The position numbers were made by a program, and so were the translations under genes. From Candidatus Doudnabacteria bacterium (GTDB lineage Bacteria; Patescibacteriota; Doudnabacteria; UBA920): a DNA stretch of 64,000 bases. Where the stretch lies: the NCBI GenBank assembly GCA_003151625.1, contig PLYC01000013.1, positions 93,210-157,209 on the forward strand, read 5' to 3'. Below are positions 16,186-25,252 of the stretch, piece after piece; position 1 is the first letter of the stretch, and each line of letters begins with the position of its first letter. The notes below the pieces were generated by a model. The model did no database searches. It saw only the letters and a program-made list of their open reading frames with translations, and was not told where the DNA came from.

Positions 16186-18771
16186 TTAATTTGAAAGATT
16201 TAATTTATCGCGTCTTTTCTCCAATGCTTTTTTGCCACCTTCCAAAATCTCAATAATTTCATCTCTGATTGCCGGGTTTTCAATAGCCCCTGATTCGTAA
16301 GTAAAGTTTGGATTTTTACCCGCAGTTTTATTTGAGACAACGACTTCCTCGCTGTCTCCGCAAACCACTAGATTTGCGTTATGGGATGCTATTATTATTT
16401 GCCGCTTTATTTTTTCGGCTTTTAGAAAGTCCACAATATGTTTTGAAATAGCTTTTGCATCCAAATCATCCTCTGGTTGATCCAGTAATACCGGGTAATT
16501 ATAATCGTCAAATTTAAAAATAAACTCTAATAAAGCTAGCATCTTTTCGCCATCGGACATATTGACAAACTCATCGCCATTTCGGCTTTTAATACTTTTC
16601 TGAAAGTCTACCTTAAACCTATTCCTAAATAATTCCATGAGCAAAATTTCTTCATTTTTTCCGGACTTCAAAATTAATTGACCTGTTAAAATACCCAGCG
16701 TTAGCTGTTTAAGAAGTAATGAGAATTCAATTTTTTTGTAGTCCCATTGCTCTGGCTCTCTTAGAAATGTATTTGCTTTTTCGTTTTTTGGATTTTCTTT
16801 AAAAGAAATAGAATTGTGGTAATTAATATTGTCTTCAATAAATTTTTTAAATGATTGCGTATCAAAACTAGTGGTAATGTCCACTTTTGAGAAAGCCAAG
16901 CTCCCCAGGTTTATGCTTAAACTTTTGAACTGCTCATTAAACTGGCTATACTTTTCTACAATTTTGCTAAGTCTGTCCGAGTAAGAGGCCCTTAACTTTA
17001 TAATTTCTTCGTCTGTTTCATTAATGGTTTTTAAAATTTCGGCTTTTTCTTGCAAGGTCTTTGTTAACATTAACAGCGCTTGATGTTTTTCTACCTTGGT
17101 TTGTAGAGGCTTTAACTCCGTGTCCAGTTCTTTAATTTTCTTTTTAACGTTTTCCTTTGAATTTACTAATTCCGTAATCTCTTTTTCAATAAAGTCCTTT
17201 TTAAAAACTTCGTCAGATTCTTTAAGTTTGGCCTCCATCTTTATTACATATTTTTGCGAAAATTCAAATTCCAAAATCTTGTCCGCTGAAATTACTTCTT
17301 CCTGCTTCAACATTTTAAAAGAAGCTAAGTCCTTGTCTATAATCTTAATTTCGCGTTCTTGCGCCGCCTTGTCAGAATTTATTTTTTTATAATTTTCAAG
17401 TTCCTTATTTGTGACTTCACTATTACTTTTCCTGGTCAAATTAAGGCTTGCCTCAATTTTCAAAATTTCTTTTTCCAAATCTTCCTTTTTCCCAAGTTTT
17501 TTTAATTTTTCTCCCTTTTCCCTGCCGTTATTCCTTATTGCTAGAAGTTCTCTGACAAGAGATGTTATAGACAATACGTTTTCGTCTTCAAATTTTTTGT
17601 AATTTTGTAGCGCATTTTTAAAGTTGTCTTTATTTTCAAAAAGATTTGACAAAAAGTTGTCAAAATTAACATTTTTTTCATACACCAAGTCCCCTAGGTA
17701 TTTTTGAGGAATAAAAAGAACTCCTTTATCTTCTGTTTCTTTTAAAGAACTAACTTTGCCATCTCTCCAAAATAGTTTGAAATTCTTTAACTGCAGGAAG
17801 TCGGCACCATCAACTCCTTTCAGCCTGCACTGAACTGGATCAATAGAAAAGGCAATATTTCTTAAAAGATTTGATTTCCCTGTGGCCCGACTCCCAATTA
17901 CTGAGTTTAAATTTTGATTAAAGTAAACTATTTGTTTACTACCGTCATGATTTGTGAATTCCGCTCTGTCAATAATACAATAATCGGATTTTTCCTCTGG
18001 TTTTAATTCTTGAATTTTAACCCTACATTCTGGTTCATAAATTATTTGTTTTAAACCTTCAAAAGTTGGATCGGCTTTTATCCAGCAATTTTGTTTAAGG
18101 GAGTATTTTTTGACATTATGGTTATCGGAACAAATAACCATTGGAAAAAAGCCAATCTTCTTAAAGACAGTATCCCTATAGTCGGCCTGGTCTTTCTCCT
18201 GCCCTAACTCAAAAATTTGCACTTCGCTCGCTATGTCTTTTTTCTCAGCCATTTTTACAGGCAGAGAGTTAGTAATTTTTTCTATGGAATTCGACTTCCT
18301 GCCCGCATGGATTGAGACAACGCCGCCGAGTCTTTTTATTAAGTTCGCAGTATCTTTTAAATCGCAGTAAATTTCGTTATCCTTTTGTCCTGATTGTCTT
18401 TGCGATGCAATCTTGGCTTGGGATTGTATTTCGTTCCAAATGTAATTTACATCCGAATTTTCCGGGAAAATGCCAATAAAGTGGACCGGCTCGCTCCCCC
18501 GGCTGTCTGAGCAAAATTCTATTCCTGGCAAAACAGTCAAATCATCACCGCCAGCCTTTTTTAATTTTTCAATAACCTGGGAGTCAATAATGTGATGATC
18601 GGTAATCGCAACAACTTTAATTTGTTGCTTTTTTAAGGCTTCAGCAATTTCCTCTGAAGTGTTGGCTTTATTGTCATGGTCGTAGGAGCTGGGAGTGTGA
18701 AAGTGTAGATCCCATTTTCTCCATTCGGAACCTCTAAAGTATTTTTGCATAGTTTTTATAGTAACGGCCAA
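16186..18771 (-). CDS. PHP-domain + SMC/ABC-like ATPase fusion protein (Ppl-like)
   Basis: N-terminal WDLHFHTPSSYDHD...AITDHH (PHP metal-binding motifs). Walker A GSRATGKSN, long coiled-coil, Walker B LLDQPEDDLD. 861 aa. Confidence 0.7.
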   Translation of the reverse strand: MAVTIKTMQKYFRGSEWRKWDLHFHTPSSYDHDNKANTSEEIAEALKKQQIKVVAITDHHIIDSQVIEKLKKAGGDDLTVLPGIEFCSDSRGSEPVHFIGIFPENSDVNYIWNEIQSQAKIASQRQSGQKDNEIYCDLKDTANLIKRLGGVVSIHAGRKSNSIEKITNSLPVKMAEKKDIASEVQIFELGQEKDQADYRDTVFKKIGFFPMVICSDNHNVKKYSLKQNCWIKADPTFEGLKQIIYEPECRVKIQELKPEEKSDYCIIDRAEFTNHDGSKQIVYFNQNLNSVIGSRATGKSNLLRNIAFSIDPVQCRLKGVDGADFLQLKNFKLFWRDGKVSSLKETEDKGVLFIPQKYLGDLVYEKNVNFDNFLSNLFENKDNFKNALQNYKKFEDENVLSITSLVRELLAIRNNGREKGEKLKKLGKKEDLEKEILKIEASLNLTRKSNSEVTNKELENYKKINSDKAAQEREIKIIDKDLASFKMLKQEEVISADKILEFEFSQKYVIKMEAKLKESDEVFKKDFIEKEITELVNSKENVKKKIKELDTELKPLQTKVEKHQALLMLTKTLQEKAEILKTINETDEEIIKLRASYSDRLSKIVEKYSQFNEQFKSLSINLGSLAFSKVDITTSFDTQSFKKFIEDNINYHNSISFKENPKNEKANTFLREPEQWDYKKIEFSLLLKQLTLGILTGQLILKSGKNEEILLMELFRNRFKVDFQKSIKSRNGDEFVNMSDGEKMLALLEFIFKFDDYNYPVLLDQPEDDLDAKAISKHIVDFLKAEKIKRQIIIASHNANLVVCGDSEEVVVSNKTAGKNPNFTYESGAIENPAIRDEIIEILEGGKKALEKRRDKLNLSN

Positions 18772-21700
18772 TTAGAAATAAGCTGATCAATTTCTTTCAT
18801 AATGCGGATGGTTTCGCGGAGGGAGGCGACGATTTTCATATAGTGCTTTAAGTCGTCCAAAGACAGGCTACGCTCGGCCTTTTTGCGATCCTTTAGCCAC
18901 TTCTCACAAACCTGATAGCCGCCAATCATAAACTCCCAAACTTCTTTTTCCACACCTTCAAAATACTGGCCGGGATTTACGTAAACTCGTCGGTCTTTAG
19001 CTGAATATTTAACCTCGGTAACTTTCCAGTCTTCCAAACTTTCCGGCTTCTCACCCCCAAGACTAATCCCCCATTTGTCCGAATCGTCAAAAATTGTCTT
19101 GGACTGATCAAACGGATTTTCTCCGAGCAAATGCAAATTTACTAACTCGTTACCTTTGGCAACTAATTTTTTAAACAGTTCTTTATTGGAAGTTAGCGGT
19201 AAGCGCGGAAAATCTATTTTCAACTGTTCGGCATACCTGATCCGGTAAGTCGGGCAATGAAAAATAGCATAAGTATAGTAAAACACATCTTCCGGTCCAA
19301 AAGTTTTTTCCAAATCACCTCGCCCATCGCTAATAAAGCTTATCCCAAGTTTTTGAGAACATTCCTTAGTAAATTTTTCGGAAAAATTTACTTTTTTGTT
19401 TAGTTTCCCAAAAAGATTAGATTGTGTTGAGTCGGAGTATAGGTATAGCGGAAAGATATAAGAGCCTATTGCTGAATCTAGATTATGCATATCACACAAT
19501 AATGATGTAACAAAAAAATGGTTATTTTTCTGATTCTGGATATTTCGATGTAGGGTCAGCCCTAAATTATTTTTATTAAGGAAATGTTTCATTATATCTT
19601 GTCTAGGCCAGTCTAACAATTCCTTGTTGTATATTAAATAACGGTTGTCAAAAGCTCTGAATTGAATTTTAATAATCTCATTATTATAATCTATCTTCTT
19701 TTTTCTCGCTTCTGATAAAAGCCATCCTCGCGTATCGCCCTTTAAATACTTACCTGATCTTTTCCCAGAAGAAAAAAATCTGACCCTAATAGTATCATCA
19801 CTATTATTTAAATTAAAAAAATAATCTAACTTTTTTAACAAATCTTTTCTTTCAAATCCATAAACAAGCTGATCCCTTGAAGATTGTATGCCTGTATTGC
19901 AAGAATCAAATACATCCTTTACAGAATTTATTTGGTTATAGTCATCTTCGTGATGGACTACTTTAAAAATGTAATGTGGAGCGTTTGGTTCAATTTCAGT
20001 CCACTCTGTATTATTAACTTCATGAGTTAAAAGGAACTCAAATTTATTTTCTTTTAGGCCAAAAAGTTCAGAATAAAAAATATTCTTTGCTATTTTTCTT
20101 TCGTTTTTGATAAAAAATGAAATTACAACACCTGTTTGAATTGGAAAAACATTTTCATCCTTTGTACCATCAGGCGCCTTTTCATTTTTGACCGAACTGC
20201 CATGTAAATTAAGAATATAAATTTCATCGAAATAATTCAATAAATTATAGCGCATTCCTCTAAAAGTTGGGTTATCCAGAAAATTGTGATTTGTTATAAA
20301 AGATAAAATTCCATGTCCTATATCTGCAATCTTCCATTGAGCAAAACGAATAAATTTTACATAATCATCTTGAAGCCAATGCTTTTTTTCTCCAAAATGT
20401 TTACCATCAATATATTTATAGTCCTCAATAAGTTTATTAATCCATTCTCCTTTATTAGCCGATACCCCGGAATATGGCGGGTTGCCGATTATAGCTAAAA
20501 TTGGCGCGTCTTTTTTGACTTTACGCGCGGCTTCGCTTTCTTCAGCGATTGAGGGAAAGGCTATAGAACCAAAATCAGTTGTAGCTTTGGCCTGTTTTTG
20601 GTAAGCGTTGGGATCATCAAGCGTATTTGCCAAATAAACTTTTAAGCGGTCTTTGTCGCCGTCGCCCTTTGCCATCTCAAAATCAAAACCCAAATCTTCT
20701 AAAAGCAAAGTAAGTTTTAAATGGGCAATGGCGTAAGGTGCGACTAAAAGTTCAAAGCCATAAAAATGTTTTAAAATGTGGTCAACAACTACCCTATTAA
20801 ATTCCTTAGTTACCATTTCTGGGCCCAAGGTGTTATTTTGCTTTTGAACTGCGGAGTGAATTTGCTGAATGGCGGACATTAAGAATGTGCCGGTGCCAGT
20901 GGCCGGGTCAAGTAAATGGACGCTTTCATCAGCCAAACCTTTTTCTTTGCCGAATTTTTCTTTTAAGATGAAATCTACACTACGGACAATGTAATCTACT
21001 ACCGGCTTTGGCGTGTAGTAGACACCTCGCGCTTCGCGTTCCTTAGGGTCGTATTCGTTCAAAAACGGCTCGTAGAAATGAATAACCGGGTCCTCGCCGA
21101 CTTTATGCTCTCGTAACTTTAACTCAATTTTAGCCATCTCGGCCGCGTTCAGCTGGTCTATTAGGGCGGTGGTGGCCTGGTGAATATTAGGAATAACTTG
21201 GGAGACTTTTTTAATCAAAGAATATAAGTCGGCCAAAATAGGAACGCTTGCTGGTAAATAATCCATTGCCGTGGTTAAGGTTAGAACATCGGACTTGCCG
21301 CGCTTGGTATGCTCCAAAGAGGCCAGGAATAAAGAATACGCCACAGTTTCGGCCACCATATTGGCAAACTGGTGCGGCTCTATATTTTGGATTAAAGTTT
21401 TCTCAAAAGTTTCTTTTAGCTTAACCAAGTCCGAAGTTTCGTCGGCATCCTTAAAGGCTTCTTCCACTTGATTAGACAAAAGCTTAGTCTTTTTTGCCAA
21501 GGCCAACGCCAGCTGTTTAGTGGTACGCGCTTCATAAGCTTTGCCGGAAAAGAATTGATGCAAGATGTCAATCAGGTTTTGCTCCTCGCCGGTGGTAAAA
21601 TTTGCAACATCAAAAATTATTTCTTTTATTTTTACCGGCTTGCCTTCGTCACCCCATTGCCAAAGCTGCCACTGTTTAAAATTGGTGAATAGAATATTTT

Positions 21701-22004
21701 CTAAAGCGTCCTTATATTTTTCAAACTGCTTATTGAATTTAGGACTGTCTAAGGAATCTTCCGGTAGTTTTACTTCCACCCAGCCAACCAGCCGGTCTTT
21801 TCGCCGTACAGTAACGTCAGGAAAGCCCACGCCACCGGCAACGGCTTTAGCGCTCTCTTCGGCCGTGGCAAATATGTCTTTGGACTTTTCCAATTCGGCG
21901 AGCTCCTGCAGGAAGTTAGTTAAAGCCGGGTAAAAGGATCGTTCGGTGCCGTGGTCTTTAATCCTTAAAAAACTTTGTTGGAATTTTTCTATTGGTATGT
22001 TCAT
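18756..22004 (-). CDS. N6-adenine DNA methyltransferase, Type IIG/IIL(MmeI)-like or PglX-like; possible N-terminal PD-ExK endonuclease segment
   Basis: Motif I LLDPATGTGTFL and motif IV IIGNPPYSG. N-terminal FPDVTV..GWVEVK. 1082 aa. 16-nt overlap with the downstream gene. Confidence 0.8.
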   Translation of the reverse strand: MNIPIEKFQQSFLRIKDHGTERSFYPALTNFLQELAELEKSKDIFATAEESAKAVAGGVGFPDVTVRRKDRLVGWVEVKLPEDSLDSPKFNKQFEKYKDALENILFTNFKQWQLWQWGDEGKPVKIKEIIFDVANFTTGEEQNLIDILHQFFSGKAYEARTTKQLALALAKKTKLLSNQVEEAFKDADETSDLVKLKETFEKTLIQNIEPHQFANMVAETVAYSLFLASLEHTKRGKSDVLTLTTAMDYLPASVPILADLYSLIKKVSQVIPNIHQATTALIDQLNAAEMAKIELKLREHKVGEDPVIHFYEPFLNEYDPKEREARGVYYTPKPVVDYIVRSVDFILKEKFGKEKGLADESVHLLDPATGTGTFLMSAIQQIHSAVQKQNNTLGPEMVTKEFNRVVVDHILKHFYGFELLVAPYAIAHLKLTLLLEDLGFDFEMAKGDGDKDRLKVYLANTLDDPNAYQKQAKATTDFGSIAFPSIAEESEAARKVKKDAPILAIIGNPPYSGVSANKGEWINKLIEDYKYIDGKHFGEKKHWLQDDYVKFIRFAQWKIADIGHGILSFITNHNFLDNPTFRGMRYNLLNYFDEIYILNLHGSSVKNEKAPDGTKDENVFPIQTGVVISFFIKNERKIAKNIFYSELFGLKENKFEFLLTHEVNNTEWTEIEPNAPHYIFKVVHHEDDYNQINSVKDVFDSCNTGIQSSRDQLVYGFERKDLLKKLDYFFNLNNSDDTIRVRFFSSGKRSGKYLKGDTRGWLLSEARKKKIDYNNEIIKIQFRAFDNRYLIYNKELLDWPRQDIMKHFLNKNNLGLTLHRNIQNQKNNHFFVTSLLCDMHNLDSAIGSYIFPLYLYSDSTQSNLFGKLNKKVNFSEKFTKECSQKLGISFISDGRGDLEKTFGPEDVFYYTYAIFHCPTYRIRYAEQLKIDFPRLPLTSNKELFKKLVAKGNELVNLHLLGENPFDQSKTIFDDSDKWGISLGGEKPESLEDWKVTEVKYSAKDRRVYVNPGQYFEGVEKEVWEFMIGGYQVCEKWLKDRKKAERSLSLDDLKHYMKIVASLRETIRIMKEIDQLISNWPLL

Positions 22005-25000
22005 TTAGGCAGTTATTTTAAATTGTATTTTTGCTAAATTTTTATACTCAAAAGTCATTTCCAGTTTATTCCTTAAATCCATAACTTTTTGGTCTTTCTG
22101 TAAAAACTGTTCCTGCTGCATTTTCATATACTTATTTTGGGCTTTAAATAAATCTTTTTGTTTTTTATCTTTTTCTTCCAATATTTGCTGGCGCTCATGA
22201 AAGCCGGTAGTCTTAGATGAAATTTTTAACTTTTTACCTATTTCCTTAAGCTCCTGCTCGCGCAAGTCCATCTCCTGTTTGTATTTTAAAATGGATTCAT
22301 CCACAAAACGGTCAAGATTCTGCATTTCTTGATCCACATAACCCTCATTTTCAGCTTTAATTTCCTGTTTAAAGTCGTTCCCGTTTTTTTGTATTAAGTC
22401 CGACAATTCGTCCCGAAGCCTTTCGTGCATATTTTTTTCTTCCGTCACTTCCAACTCAAACAGTTTTTCAGCTCTTTTTGGCTCAATTTTTTGCCACTGC
22501 CCGTCTTTAAATACCAACGAGCTTACAATAATTTTTTCAAAAGTTTCTTCGGTGTTGTTTATGGTTTTCCGGCTGCAGTTTAAGACATCAACCGAAATCT
22601 GGCCGTCCAGGCCAATAAATTCTTCCAAGACTTTCCTGTGGTCCTGTGGGTGCTTAAAAGTTAAAGACCATGAACCGGACAATTTTTTGTCCTGATCAAT
22701 GTTGTGCCTGACAAAATTGGTTTCCAGGTTAATTGGCAAAATACCCTCTTCCCTTTCGGCTTCAGAGAGTCTTCCTAAACAAAATTTACCGCCGGAATAT
22801 TCAAAAATTTTGTCACTTTTATAGTTAATGGTTTTACCTAAAGTAAAATTTAAGTAAGCCTTAAGCTGGGCGTCAAACTTGTTCAAAGAATCGTCAAAAG
22901 TCTGCTGGCGAATTTTTAGTTTTTGCCTGATTTCTTCGTCAAAATGTTGAATAACCTTTTTTTGCGTGTCTTCAATCTTTTCCTCAATAAAGTCGCCTAA
23001 GTCCAGCTGTAACTGTTTAAAGCCCTGGGCTATTTGCTGTTCAGTCCGGCACTTACGGTAAATTTCCAAAATTTTTCTTTCAAAATCCAAGCCCGCTCCC
23101 AAACCTCCTAAAGCAACTTCCCGGACCTCGTAACCGTCATCGGTTAATTTTTCAGTTCCTAAAACTTGATCGCTAAAATCAAACAGGTTACCGAATAATT
23201 TGATTTTTTCCTGCAACAATTCGTAAACTCTTTGGTCAGCGTAGTTTTTTTTATTTAAAAAGTTTACTACCAAGACATCCAACTTTTGGCCGTACCTGTG
23301 GCATCTGCCGATGCGCTGTTCAATGCGCTGCGGATTCCACGGTAAATCATAGTTAATAACAATGTTGGCAAACTGTAAGTTTATACCCTCGGCTCCGGCT
23401 TCTGTGGTAATTAAAATCGCCTTTGGCAGTTCTTTAAACTTCCAAACCAAGGCTTTTCTGATGTTGATGCTTTTAGAACCTCTGGCGGCTTCATCGGGAA
23501 AAGTCTGTTCCCATTCCGCGTAAATGTCTTTTGATCGTTTGGAGGCGTTGCTGCCATTAAATAAAACTAATTCGTACCCGCTGGCGCTTAAAAGTTTTTC
23601 CAAATGGTCCTGGGTACGCCTGGACTCAGTAAAGATTACCGCTTTTTGCGGCCAATGTTGCTTTTCGGCGTGAATGAAAACTTTTTTTAATACTTTGACC
23701 AATGCCTGACTTTTTTGGTTGACATCAATACTGCAAGCCAAATAGTAATATTCCAAAACATCCTTAAGTTCACGAAAGATTTCTTCTTTACTAAATTTAT
23801 GGTCTATTTCCCGCTCATTTTTCTTTTCCTGCGTTCCGTCAACTTTTTCGTCCTCTTGTAAGTCGTCCGATTCTTGGGTTTCTTCTTCCACTTCACCGGC
23901 TTTTATTTCCGCGTCTTCAAATCCCGGCAAAACTTCCTGAATCAAATCTTTTGTAGTTTCGGCAGGTTGAAGTTGGATGTCCGGCAGTGCCTTGCTGTAC
24001 TTGGTTTGAATTTCTAATTTTTGTTGCTTTATGTAGGCCTGGACATCTTCAAAAGTTACATCCTGCTCCTGCTGCAGTCTTTTAGCTAGAAAATGGACAA
24101 TCTTTTCCAACGTTCCGGCAATCGCGAACGAGGAACTGGCCAATATTTTGCGGTAAACCAATTCCATCATGTTTCTTTGGGTCGCGAGAGTGGAAGCTAA
24201 AATCGGCCTGCGTAAATATTCGCTTACCAGGTCATAAAGCTCTATTTCGTTGTCGTTCGGCGCGAAGTCTTCGGTGTGGCTAAAACGATTGGTAAAACTT
24301 ACAAATCCTCTAACCTGTTTTCTTAAGGTTCGGGTTAAAACGCCGCCGCTGACTTCCCCATTTTCAATAGTGCCCATTAGCCGTTCCTTGAGCTGGCCTA
24401 ATGAATCATATTTTTTGTGTCTTTTTACCGGATTAACAAAAAGGTTTCTAAAAGAATATTCTGTTCCTAAATAATTTTCTTCCAAAAAACTGGTCAAACC
24501 AAAAAGCTCCATTAAATTATTTTGTAATGGCGTCGCGGTCATTAAGATTTTAGGCCTGCTTAAAATAGCATCCTTAACTTTTTTTGCGACTTTATTTGTT
24601 TTTCTCCAAACGTTCCTTAAGCGATGGGCTTCATCAATTACAACCAAATCCCAGGCAACGTCTTTTACAAATTTTTCATACCGGTAAGCAAAATTATGGG
24701 ACGCTATATATATTCCATTTTCGGAAAGCGGATTTAACTTGTCTGTTTTGTCCTGTAAAATTTTTAACTGGGCCGAATCAACAATACTGCTTTCAAGATT
24801 AAAGCGGAGCGTGAGTTCATCTTGCCATTGAGTTCTTAAGGATGCCGGAACCAAAATTAGAATATGCTGCCTGCCTTCCACCCATAACTGATTGATTATT
24901 AGCCCGGCTTCTATGGTTTTTCCCAAGCCCACTTCATCAGCCAAAATCGCGCCTCTGGAAAGAGGACTTTTAAACGCAAAAACCGCCGCATCGACCTGGT

Positions 25001-25115
25001 GTGGGTTTAAGTCAATATTGGCGGCACGAATTACATTATTCAATTTTTCCGGGTCGCTGATTGATTTTTTTTCAGTCAGCTTGTGGGCTAAATAAAGCCT
25101 TTGAATTTGGGACAT
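22005..25115 (-). CDS. SNF2-family (SF2) helicase/translocase
   Basis: ILADEVGLGKTIEAG (motif I), VVIDEAHRLRN (motif II), MTATPLQNN (motif III), QRIGRCHRYGQ (motif VI). 1036 aa with a C-terminal coiled-coil extension. Confidence 0.85.
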   Translation of the reverse strand: MSQIQRLYLAHKLTEKKSISDPEKLNNVIRAANIDLNPHQVDAAVFAFKSPLSRGAILADEVGLGKTIEAGLIINQLWVEGRQHILILVPASLRTQWQDELTLRFNLESSIVDSAQLKILQDKTDKLNPLSENGIYIASHNFAYRYEKFVKDVAWDLVVIDEAHRLRNVWRKTNKVAKKVKDAILSRPKILMTATPLQNNLMELFGLTSFLEENYLGTEYSFRNLFVNPVKRHKKYDSLGQLKERLMGTIENGEVSGGVLTRTLRKQVRGFVSFTNRFSHTEDFAPNDNEIELYDLVSEYLRRPILASTLATQRNMMELVYRKILASSSFAIAGTLEKIVHFLAKRLQQEQDVTFEDVQAYIKQQKLEIQTKYSKALPDIQLQPAETTKDLIQEVLPGFEDAEIKAGEVEEETQESDDLQEDEKVDGTQEKKNEREIDHKFSKEEIFRELKDVLEYYYLACSIDVNQKSQALVKVLKKVFIHAEKQHWPQKAVIFTESRRTQDHLEKLLSASGYELVLFNGSNASKRSKDIYAEWEQTFPDEAARGSKSINIRKALVWKFKELPKAILITTEAGAEGINLQFANIVINYDLPWNPQRIEQRIGRCHRYGQKLDVLVVNFLNKKNYADQRVYELLQEKIKLFGNLFDFSDQVLGTEKLTDDGYEVREVALGGLGAGLDFERKILEIYRKCRTEQQIAQGFKQLQLDLGDFIEEKIEDTQKKVIQHFDEEIRQKLKIRQQTFDDSLNKFDAQLKAYLNFTLGKTINYKSDKIFEYSGGKFCLGRLSEAEREEGILPINLETNFVRHNIDQDKKLSGSWSLTFKHPQDHRKVLEEFIGLDGQISVDVLNCSRKTINNTEETFEKIIVSSLVFKDGQWQKIEPKRAEKLFELEVTEEKNMHERLRDELSDLIQKNGNDFKQEIKAENEGYVDQEMQNLDRFVDESILKYKQEMDLREQELKEIGKKLKISSKTTGFHERQQILEEKDKKQKDLFKAQNKYMKMQQEQFLQKDQKVMDLRNKLEMTFEYKNLAKIQFKITA

Positions 25116-25252
25116 ATCATATGGTGCATTTCATATAATTGGCAGTAAAAGCTAACGCAAAAAGGCAAGCCAATACTCCAAATTGTCTTTATTGTGGCAT
25201 TTTTTCCGAATTTTAGCAACTTTTTGCCCACACCGGGTGAGGGCAAAATTCT

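Noticed and set aside
12215-25115. Calling the large operon a DISARM or BREX system
   Set aside because: SNF2 + adenine MTase matches DrmD + DrmMI, but I see no DUF1998 (DrmB), DrmA-like helicase or PLD nuclease. I see no PglZ, BrxC or BrxL. The PHP-ATPase and Cas4-like genes do not belong to those systems. I therefore left it as an unclassified candidate.
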